Source of the DNA: Candidatus Woesearchaeota archaeon
GTDB lineage: Archaea; Nanobdellota; Nanobdellia; Pacearchaeales; GW2011-AR1
DNA: 39,315 nt
Reading direction: 5' to 3'
Assembly: GCA_964608525.1 (NCBI GenBank)
Contig: CAZSNJ010000003.1
Location: 1 to 39,315 of the forward strand
In this document: positions 29,345 to 36,663 of the stretch, piece after piece
Position numbering within the stretch: the stretch's first letter is position 1
Layout: the number at the start of each line of letters is the position of its first letter
Notes under the pieces: model-generated
The model's input: only the letters and a program-made list of their open reading frames with translations
Databases searched by the model: none
Told to the model about the DNA's origin: nothing
Translations under genes and position numbers: made by a program

Positions 29345-29755
29345 ATGGATGAATATAAAAAACTACTTGAAAACGCATATTCAAAAGTAAAGCAAGTTGA
29401 TACAAATAGTATCAGATTTGAAGTTCCAAAAATAGAAGGACATTTTGAAGGTAAAAAAACAATTCTAACAAATTTTATTCAAATTGCATCACATATAAGA
29501 AGAAATCCAGAACACTTTCAAAAATTCTTATTGAGAGAACTTGCAGCTTCTGGACAAAAAGAGGGAAATAGACTTGTTTTAAATATCAAAGTTCCAAGCA
29601 CCAAGATAAATCAAAAAATAGAAGAATATGTAAAAGAATTTGTATTATGCAAAGAATGTAAAAAACCAGATACAGAATTAATCAAAGAAGACAGATTAAC
29701 TTTTATTCATTGTCTTGCATGTGGAGCAAAACACTCTGTTAGAAGTAAAATATAG
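29345..29755 (+). CDS. eif2b: translation initiation factor aIF2 beta
   Basis: RFEVP, KTILTNF, FLLREL, CKECKKPDT...CLACGA. Confidence 0.95.
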   Translation: MDEYKKLLENAYSKVKQVDTNSIRFEVPKIEGHFEGKKTILTNFIQIASHIRRNPEHFQKFLLRELAASGQKEGNRLVLNIKVPSTKINQKIEEYVKEFVLCKECKKPDTELIKEDRLTFIHCLACGAKHSVRSKI

Positions 29756-29812
29756 AATATTTCAGAAAAATAAAAATATATAAACTTTTTCTTATAAGAT
29801 ATATAGAATCAA

Positions 29813-30421
29813 ATGGAATATAAAATAAAAAGAAGATTTATTTTGGGAATATCCCTCTTACTATTTGCATTACTTTATTTTTTTAAAAATACTTCAAGTC
29901 TACTAAGAATTTTTGCAACTCTTGCTGGACTCGTTAGTTTTTACATATTTGATCATTACTTTAATATAAATTTTGAACTAAAACATTACCTCTATATATT
30001 AATAATAGCATTTTTTGGAATTTTATTATCTCCATTATATTTTATATCGGAAAATTATGATAAGATTCTTCATCTAGTAATACCAATACTAACTGGAGGA
30101 ATTGTTTTCTTCCTAGTAAATAAGCAAAATTTAACTCTTAAATGGAAACTTGTCACAACTCTTCTCTTTACAATTTCAATACTTACAATCTTTGAAGTAA
30201 TTGAATTCTCCTTAGATAAACTATGGGATTTAAAACTTCAGGGAATTTATATTAGAGATATAACTGGTCTTGAAAAATTTAATATTATCATGGATAAAAA
30301 TGATGATACTATGATTGATTTAATAATTGGAATTCTAGGAAGTTTAATATTTACCTTCTACAATATTATAAAAAGTATGATTAATAGGGTAAAATGGTCT
30401 TCCAGAAGATTTATAAAATAA
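29813..30421 (+). CDS. integral membrane protein (DUF2238/VanZ-like)
   Basis: YDKILH, FEVIEF, DTMIDL motifs among TM helices. Confidence 0.65.
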   Translation: MEYKIKRRFILGISLLLFALLYFFKNTSSLLRIFATLAGLVSFYIFDHYFNINFELKHYLYILIIAFFGILLSPLYFISENYDKILHLVIPILTGGIVFFLVNKQNLTLKWKLVTTLLFTISILTIFEVIEFSLDKLWDLKLQGIYIRDITGLEKFNIIMDKNDDTMIDLIIGILGSLIFTFYNIIKSMINRVKWSSRRFIK

Positions 30422-30478
30422 ATTTCACTAAGGATTTTAAAGAATTCATTAGAATTTAATTAAATTGGAGGATAAAAA

Positions 30479-30628
30479 ATGACAGAAGGATATTGTGTAA
30501 AGTGTAAAAAGAAAGTGGAGATACAAAAACCAGTTGAAAGCAAAACAAAGAAAGGGACAAAAATTGCTAAAGGTAAATGCCCTCATTGCGGAACAACGGT
30601 TTGTAGAATGGGCGGGATTACTAAATAA
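30479..30628 (+). CDS. 49-aa basic Zn-ribbon protein (DUF5679-like; not in ORF track)
   Basis: MTEGYCVKCKKKVEI...AKGKCPHCGTTVCRMGG; GGAGGA SD upstream. Confidence 0.85.
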   Translation: MTEGYCVKCKKKVEIQKPVESKTKKGTKIAKGKCPHCGTTVCRMGGITK

Positions 30629-30646
30629 ATTTATTTAATTTTTATT

Positions 30647-30943
30647 ATGTTTGTAAACATTATCAAGACATATAGAGATATCGTTGCTATATGTGATTCA
30701 GATTTAATTGGGAAAAAATTTGTTGAAGGAGAATTTCAATTAGATATTAAAGAAAGTTTCTTTAAAGGTAAGGAAGAATCTACTGAGAAAGTAAGAGAAA
30801 TAATGACTGAGATGATACAAGAAGATGCAACTTTTAATATTATTGGAGAAGAATCAACAAAAACTGCATTAGAAGTTGGAATTATCTCTGTTGAGAATAT
30901 TAAAAAAATTCAAGGAATTCCTTTTGCTTTAATTCTTAAATAA
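30647..30943 (+). CDS. DUF424 family protein
   Basis: VAICDSDLIGK, FFKG, NIIGE, IQGIP. Confidence 0.85.
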   Translation: MFVNIIKTYRDIVAICDSDLIGKKFVEGEFQLDIKESFFKGKEESTEKVREIMTEMIQEDATFNIIGEESTKTALEVGIISVENIKKIQGIPFALILK

Positions 30944-30981
30944 TTCAATATCTTTATAAATAAATTTCTGATTTAATAAAC

Positions 30982-31299
30982 ATGAAAAAACATCAAAATC
31001 AAGAAGAACAAAAAATAACAAGGGTTAGACTTCCAAGAGGGGAAGAAATAATTGGAATTATAGAACAAAGACTTGGTGGTAATAAAATTATGGTTAATTG
31101 TTTAGATGGAAAAACAAGAAACTGCAGAGTTCCTGGAAGAATGAAAAGAAGATTATGGCTAAGACCAAATGATGTTGTAATTGTAGAACCATGGGAATTA
31201 GATAAGGATAAGGGTGATGTAATATTCAAATATCGTTTAAATCAAATAGAATGGCTAAAAAATAAAGGATATTTAAAAAGTGAGAAAACTGAATTTTAA
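30982..31299 (+). CDS. eif1a: translation initiation factor aIF1A
   Basis: [28 protein letters not shown]. Confidence 0.95.
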   Translation: MKKHQNQEEQKITRVRLPRGEEIIGIIEQRLGGNKIMVNCLDGKTRNCRVPGRMKRRLWLRPNDVVIVEPWELDKDKGDVIFKYRLNQIEWLKNKGYLKSEKTEF

Positions 31300-31307
31300 A
31301 TAAAAAA

Positions 31308-31808
31308 ATGAAAACAATTCTTTCAGAAAAACTTCCAAGAATTATAAAGAACAAAAAAAGATTAGAAGAAAAACTAAATTTAAAGATAACTAATAGAGGT
31401 AAAGAAGTAACAGTAAAAGGGAATCCAGAAAATGAATATTTAGCAGAAAAAGTTATTGATGCAATAAATTTTGGTTTTTCTCTTAAAACTTCAATGTTAA
31501 TTAAAGAAGAAGATAACATCTTTGAAATAATTAATATAAAAGATCATACTAAACGAAAAGACTTAGAAAGAATAAGAGCAAGAATTATTGGAACAAAAGG
31601 TAAAACACTAAAAACATTAAGTGAATTAACAAAATGTCATTTTGAATTAAACGAGAATCATATAGGAATTATTGGAGATCCTGAATACATAGAAAATGCG
31701 CAAAATGCAATAATTTCAATTATTAAAGGTTCAAAACAATCAAATGTTTATAATTTTTTAGAAAAACATCAGGTAAAAGAAGTTATTGATTTGGGGTTGA
31801 AAGGATAA
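31308..31808 (+). CDS. KH-domain rRNA processing protein (Dim2/Pno1-like)
   Basis: AINFGF, RIIGTKGKT GxxG motif, GSKQSNVY; follows aIF1A. Confidence 0.85.
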   Translation: MKTILSEKLPRIIKNKKRLEEKLNLKITNRGKEVTVKGNPENEYLAEKVIDAINFGFSLKTSMLIKEEDNIFEIINIKDHTKRKDLERIRARIIGTKGKTLKTLSELTKCHFELNENHIGIIGDPEYIENAQNAIISIIKGSKQSNVYNFLEKHQVKEVIDLGLKG

Positions 31809-31811
31809 TTA

Positions 31812-32141
31812 TTATTTCTTTTTTAATTTTTTTAGTTCAACATGAATCTCCCTATGACAATTTGCACAAAACAGATTACATTTTTTTATTTCTTCACTTA
31901 CTCTCTTCCAACTTCTACAATGACCTTTACTTGAAACATTAAAGTCTTTTTTTGAGGAATCTATATGGTGAAACTCCAACACTTCTGGATATTTGTTATA
32001 CCCACATTTAATACATTTACCTCCTACAAAATTAATAGCTTTAAGACGAATTTTTCTTCTTCTTTTTGTAACTGCATCAATAAGATACTGTCTTCTATCT
32101 TTATAGGTTCTCTTCTCTACAAATTTCCCCTTCTTCAACAT
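31812..32141 (-). CDS. small free-standing HNH endonuclease
   Basis: GGKCIKCGY, LEFHH, CANCHREIH; ATG 16 nt after the tRNA-Asn 3' end. Confidence 0.85.
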   Translation of the reverse strand: MLKKGKFVEKRTYKDRRQYLIDAVTKRRRKIRLKAINFVGGKCIKCGYNKYPEVLEFHHIDSSKKDFNVSSKGHCRSWKRVSEEIKKCNLFCANCHREIHVELKKLKKK

Positions 32142-32193
32142 CTTTTAAAAATTAAAACGTCCTGGGCTGGACTCGAACCAGCGACCTAACGGT

Positions 32194-32223
32194 TTCTGCC
32201 AGATCTGCTCACAGAACAACTTA
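32194..32223 (-). other. 30-nt canonical tRNA intron (37/38)
   Basis: Central helix CUGU/GCAG with bulges UA|U and AA|A; relaxed inner helix. Confidence 0.88.
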
Positions 32224-32238
32224 TAACAGCCGTTCGCT

Positions 32239-32285
32239 TTTGGCTCACCAAAGATATTTAATAGAGACTATAACTCTCAAGCAAT
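32239..32285 (-). other. 47-nt non-canonical tRNA intron (22/23, D-arm)
   Basis: BHB: helix UGGU/GCCA, bulges AG|A and AA|A, outer GU/GC and inner UUGC/GUGA pairs. Confidence 0.82.
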
Positions 32286-32399
32286 CTACCAACTGAGCCA
32301 CCAGGACATAATAATCAGATAATAAATTTACTTTTAAAGTTTTCCAAACTTGTCTTTTAGAATAATAATCCTTAAAAGAGATATAAACCTTCTAAAAAG

Positions 32400-32954
32400 A
32401 TGGATAATAATAACTGGCTTTATCCAACAAAATTTGATATAGAAGATAGATCATTCTCTACACTAGCACTTCATAGTGCACTTGAAATAGATAGCAGCAT
32501 CATTAACCATGAAGAAGGAATAGATTATTTTAAAAATTGCTCGTTAAAATTATCTAAAATACTTGAAAGTGAAATATTAAGGTTACAAAAAATTAAAGAA
32601 AATAAATTAGGATATGAATCTTCACCTCTTTTTTTACTAAGAGATACTTTATATTTACATGAAATAACACAAAATAAAGCAAACAAAATATCTCTTTATA
32701 GAATTAACTCTAAATTAGCAACATCTGGTCCTTATTTAAAAGAACCTTTATCAACAATCATTACCATTCGCAAAACATATCAAGACCTAAGAGAAGAAAT
32801 TATTCCAGTTTATTTAAGAATATCTAATAACTTAAGCACATTTAAAGAAGAATGCAAATCTCAACAAGAATCGCTAAGAGATTTCTCACTTAGTTTATCA
32901 AAAGAGTTAGATAGATGTAATCTTTTATTTTCAAGATTTTCTTTAGTTGCGTAA
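32400..32954 (+). CDS. hypothetical protein
   Basis: 184-aa helical ORF divergent from tRNA-Asn. Confidence 0.65.
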   Translation: MDNNNWLYPTKFDIEDRSFSTLALHSALEIDSSIINHEEGIDYFKNCSLKLSKILESEILRLQKIKENKLGYESSPLFLLRDTLYLHEITQNKANKISLYRINSKLATSGPYLKEPLSTIITIRKTYQDLREEIIPVYLRISNNLSTFKEECKSQQESLRDFSLSLSKELDRCNLLFSRFSLVA

Positions 32955-32997
32955 TTTTCCCAACAAATTTAAAAACATCTCTTTATTCTATTAAATC

Positions 32998-33564
32998 ATG
33001 GAATTAGATAAAGCAATTAAATCATGTAAGGATGTAAAAAAATTTAATGATAAAAAACCAGATTGGAGAGATATAATTGAGGCAATAGATAAAGCAAGGT
33101 ATGCATCAATGGCAGGGAATAATTATTCCTTAAAATTTATTATTATTGATGATAAAGAAAAAATACAAAAACTAGCAGAATGTTGTCAACAACAATTTAT
33201 CTCTCAAGCACATTATATTGTAATTGTTTGTTCAGATCCAACTAGAACAATGAATCTTTATAAAGAAAAAGGAGAAACTTATTGTACTCAACAAGCAGGA
33301 GCAGGAATTCAAAATTTTTTATTAAAACTAGAAGAAATAGGACTCTCAACATATTGGGTTAGACATTTTACAGAAGAACAAATTAGAAGAGGATTAAGAA
33401 TTCCAAATAATATCATTGTTGAAGCAGTATTCCCAATAGGATATGAAACTAAAGCTAAAGGAATGAAAAAGAAAAATACATCAAAAATAGAACTTGATAG
33501 AATTCTTTATTTTAATGAATACGGAAACAAAAAAATGGAAAATCCAAAAATGTTAAATGTTTAA
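32998..33564 (+). CDS. nitroreductase family protein (divergent)
   Basis: ARYASMAGN..S.KFIII, AGAGIQNFLL....GL...WV, AVFPIGY. Confidence 0.8.
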   Translation: MELDKAIKSCKDVKKFNDKKPDWRDIIEAIDKARYASMAGNNYSLKFIIIDDKEKIQKLAECCQQQFISQAHYIVIVCSDPTRTMNLYKEKGETYCTQQAGAGIQNFLLKLEEIGLSTYWVRHFTEEQIRRGLRIPNNIIVEAVFPIGYETKAKGMKKKNTSKIELDRILYFNEYGNKKMENPKMLNV

Positions 33565-33569
33565 TTCTT

Positions 33570-33601
33570 AAAAAAATCCTAAGGCCTTTTCAGGCCCTAA
33601 G
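33570..33601 (-). terminator. intrinsic-type terminator after ftsZ
   Basis: Minus strand CTTAGGGCCT-GAAA-AGGCCTTAGG (10 bp with two G.U pairs) followed by ATTTTTTT. Confidence 0.7.
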
Positions 33602-33614
33602 ATATAATAAAAAT

Positions 33615-34694
33615 TTATCTTAAAACTTCTATTCCTAAATCAGAAACTTCTTTAGACATAGGAAGAGCTTGATCTTCCATTGATTTTCCTAAAACATACG
33701 GAGATTTAACTCCGGTCATAATCGTAATAACTCTAACTTTTCCAGTAAAATCCTTACTGATTCTCGCACCAATTATAACTTGTGCTTCTGGACTTAGGTT
33801 TTCAGAAACTGCCCGACCAATAACATCAAATTCTTCTAACTTTAAATCAGGACCACAAGTTACATGTATTAAAGCGCCTGTTGCACCTTTATAATCCACA
33901 TCAAGTAGAGGATGAGTAAGTGCTTGTTTTACAGCTTCATTAACACGATCTTGCGAATCATTTTCACCTATACCAATTACTGCAACACCTCCATTTTTCA
34001 TAATTGTAGAAACATCTGCATAATCCAAATTTATTAAACTTGGAAGAGTAATAGTTTCAACAATTCCTTTAATCATTGTACTAATTAATTCATTAGCAAC
34101 AGCAAAAGCTTGTTCAATAGGTAATTGTCCAGCAATATCAACAAGCCTATTATTATCAAGAACAATACAAGTATCTGTTACATCTCTCAATTCTTGTAGT
34201 CCAAATTCAGCTTTGTCAATTCGTGCTTTTTCTGATTCAAACGGCATTGAAACAACACTGATTACAACTGCTCCGGTTTCTTTAGCTAATTGGGCAATTA
34301 CAGGAGCTGCGCCAGTTCCTGTTCCGCCACCCATTCCTGCAACAACAAAAACCATGTCACTTCCTGAAACTGCTTTTTTTACTTCAACCAATGCTTCTTT
34401 TGCAGCTTCTCTACCTTTATTAGGCATTCCACCAGCACCTAAACCTCTTGTTAGTTCTTTACCAATAAGAAGTTTATCATCTGATTTTGTAACACTCAAA
34501 TGAAGTGCATCTGTATTTGCAGCATAGATTGTAGCACCATTAATTCCTTTATTAAAAAGCCATGTTACAGCATTACTTCCCATACCTCCAACACCAAAAA
34601 CTTTAATGTTAGCTTTTCCTGCTTTAAGTTCTTCAAAGTTAATACTATGTGTCTCTGTATTTTCTACTGCTTCTTTTGCAAAATCTAATACCAT
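33615..34694 (-). CDS. ftsZ: cell division protein FtsZ
   Basis: GVGGMGSN, ANTD, GMGGGTGTG tubulin signature, NLDYAD T7 loop; AGGAGGT SD. Confidence 0.97.
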   Translation of the reverse strand: MVLDFAKEAVENTETHSINFEELKAGKANIKVFGVGGMGSNAVTWLFNKGINGATIYAANTDALHLSVTKSDDKLLIGKELTRGLGAGGMPNKGREAAKEALVEVKKAVSGSDMVFVVAGMGGGTGTGAAPVIAQLAKETGAVVISVVSMPFESEKARIDKAEFGLQELRDVTDTCIVLDNNRLVDIAGQLPIEQAFAVANELISTMIKGIVETITLPSLINLDYADVSTIMKNGGVAVIGIGENDSQDRVNEAVKQALTHPLLDVDYKGATGALIHVTCGPDLKLEEFDVIGRAVSENLSPEAQVIIGARISKDFTGKVRVITIMTGVKSPYVLGKSMEDQALPMSKEVSDLGIEVLR

Positions 34695-34699
34695 ATCTT

Positions 34700-34850
34700 T
34701 TTACCTCCTTTCATCTCTATAAGGAAGCTTTTTCAAGTTTCTTTTCATCGAAAAGTTTAAATACTTGATACGCTTCCAACTAATAAGAAATAATTCAAGA
34801 GAGACACAATTAATTTATTAAAACCGCCAAGCTTATTAAATTAATATTAT
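34700..34850 (-). promoter_or_regulatory. structured 5' leader of ftsZ (two hairpins + SD)
   Basis: Inverted repeat 34809-34845; nested stems GGAAGC/GCTTCC, TCAAGT/ACTTGA, CTTTTC/GAAAAG at 34723-34777; SD at 34703-34709. Confidence 0.55.
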
Positions 34851-34906
34851 AAAAATACTAAGATTTCTCTATTTAAAAATATTTTGATAGTTTAAAATAA
34901 GAATAA

Positions 34907-35476
34907 TTATATAGATTTTCTTAATTTTTCAATCTTTTTCCAACTTTTCTTAAGATTCTCGTTGGATTTTTCTATAATTAATTTTAAAAATTTATCATCA
35001 ACTAAAATCCTTCCTTTATCTATTATTGGAAATTCTAATTTTTCAGTGCTATTTAATTCAAGTATTATTCTTTTTTTTAATGCAATTATTCCTGATTTTT
35101 TCAATCCTGCAAGCTTTGCTTTGTTTAATAATTCTTGCACATCTTTTAATGATTTACAAACAATATGCAATATAAATGGTTCTTGTTTAAATTTTATTGA
35201 TTTTTTATTTTTCTTAAGTATTTCATTTAAATTTTTCTTAAATTGATTAATTGAAATAGGGTTATGATAAATTTTAAAAAATAAATTCTTATCTTTTTTA
35301 TCTTGGTCTATTATTAAAACAATTCTTCCAGAACATGAAGAAGTTGTATAGTAATTGTTTTTTGAGTTTATTTTTTCACATAATTTTAAAATTTTTTTAT
35401 CCCAGCTCTTTTTAGATGATTTATCTAATTTAGAAAGAACATCTTTTTTTCTTTGTTGGAAGTTGTTTTGGGACAT
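34907..35476 (-). CDS. tyw3: tRNA wybutosine-synthesis methyltransferase Tyw3/Taw3
   Basis: YYTTSSCSGRI, EPFILH, AGLKKSGI, STEKLEFP. Confidence 0.9.
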   Translation of the reverse strand: MSQNNFQQRKKDVLSKLDKSSKKSWDKKILKLCEKINSKNNYYTTSSCSGRIVLIIDQDKKDKNLFFKIYHNPISINQFKKNLNEILKKNKKSIKFKQEPFILHIVCKSLKDVQELLNKAKLAGLKKSGIIALKKRIILELNSTEKLEFPIIDKGRILVDDKFLKLIIEKSNENLKKSWKKIEKLRKSI

Positions 35477-35477
35477 T

Positions 35478-35954
35478 TTATTTTAATTCCTCACTAATAT
35501 CCTTAATAGAGATATATCTTATATCTAAACTTTTTTCAATTACTTTTGGGAGTTTTTCTCCCTCTGCTAATTCTTTTATAATATAAACAGGTTTTTTCTT
35601 AAACCATTTTGTATAACCAATTTCAATTAAAGCTCCAACAGAATAACCAATACATAATAATACATCTGTTTCTTCATTTAATTTTTCAGGTTGATTTCTC
35701 CAAGTTTGACAATTAATATGTTCTCCTAATTTTAAATTCACCCAACTATAACCAAATTCCTTGTCATCTAAGGGAACTATTTCATAAATCTTTTTACCAT
35801 TATTTTCTAGATACTTCTCAGCAAAAAACTCTGAAGAGGAACCTTTATCAGGAGTTATTACAATTTCATGATTTAATTCAGACACAATTTTTGCTAACTT
35901 CAAAAGTTTTTCTTCTTCTCTTACTTTACTTGGTCCAATAATCCCTATTTTCAT
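35478..35954 (-). CDS. SLOG/LOG-like Rossmannoid nucleotide-binding protein (putative)
   Basis: MKIGIIGPS start; DVLLCIGYSVGALIEIG..KKPVY resembles the LOG GxGTLxE motif. Confidence 0.55.
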   Translation of the reverse strand: MKIGIIGPSKVREEEKLLKLAKIVSELNHEIVITPDKGSSSEFFAEKYLENNGKKIYEIVPLDDKEFGYSWVNLKLGEHINCQTWRNQPEKLNEETDVLLCIGYSVGALIEIGYTKWFKKKPVYIIKELAEGEKLPKVIEKSLDIRYISIKDISEELK

Positions 35955-35955
35955 T

Positions 35956-36615
35956 TTAATCAACTCCTAAAATCTCTGCATTAATATTTTCTTCCTTACA
36001 TAATTCTACAAATTCTTTAGCATCTTCCTCAGATCCAATGATACTTCCAAAATGACTTGGAATAGCAAGAGTTGGTTTTATTATTTTTGCAGCTTCAACT
36101 GCCTCCTCTACATTCATAGTAAACCTTCCTCCAATGGGAAGTAAGGCAATAAATTTTTTATTTTGTTGATTATAACCTGTAAGATTCTTCATTTCAGGAA
36201 TAAAATCAGTATCTCCTGCATAATAAATCAAAACATCATTCATTTTAACTAAATAACCTACCCAACCTTCATTTTTATGATGGAAATGTTTATCAATATT
36301 ATAAGCAGGTAAAGCAGAGATCTTTAAATCTCCAAATTCTAATTCTTGTCCTTGTTCTATTATCTTAATTGGAACTTCAAATCTTATGATTTTGCTTTGA
36401 CAATCTGCTGTTGCAATAATTTTTGTTCCATCTTTTATAATTTTTTTAATATCTCCAACACTACAATGATCATAATGACTATGTGTAATTAAAATTAAAT
36501 CTGCTTTTGGAGATTCTTCCTTAACATTATATGGATCAATATAAATTACCTTAGAATTTTTAATTAAAAATCCAGCATGACCTAACCATTTAATTTCTAC
36601 TTCCCCTATTTTCAT
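35956..36615 (-). CDS. MBL-fold metal-dependent hydrolase (UlaG/UPF0173-like)
   Basis: WLGHAGF, IDPY, THSHYDH, AGDT, LPIGG.FTM, IPSHF. Confidence 0.88.
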   Translation of the reverse strand: MKIGEVEIKWLGHAGFLIKNSKVIYIDPYNVKEESPKADLILITHSHYDHCSVGDIKKIIKDGTKIIATADCQSKIIRFEVPIKIIEQGQELEFGDLKISALPAYNIDKHFHHKNEGWVGYLVKMNDVLIYYAGDTDFIPEMKNLTGYNQQNKKFIALLPIGGRFTMNVEEAVEAAKIIKPTLAIPSHFGSIIGSEEDAKEFVELCKEENINAEILGVD

Positions 36616-36663
36616 AAAATTAGGAATTTGAATTTGTTTTTAAGCTTTTTGAAATAATTTCCT

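Larger units (their letters stand above)
32158..32307 (-). tRNA. tRNA-Asn(GTT) with two introns
   Basis: Removing 32239-32285 and 32194-32223 gives a 73-nt cloverleaf GTCCTGG-TG-GCTC-AGTTGGTA-GAGC-G-AACGG-CTGTTAA-CCGTT-AGGTC-GCTGG-TTCGAGT-CCAGC-CCAGGAC-G. Confidence 0.92.

Noticed and set aside
31965-32189. 74-aa plus-strand ORF ending WAGLEPAT
   Set aside because: Antisense translation of the HNH gene and the tRNA T-arm.
32250-32280. Nested third intron within the D-arm intron (GAGA/TCTC stem)
   Set aside because: It forms a simple hairpin; I could not build a convincing BHB with flanking helices.
34695-34906. Small ribbon-helix-helix (CdrS-like) gene upstream of ftsZ
   Set aside because: No suitable ATG-initiated ORF was found on the minus strand; the region looks non-coding and structured.
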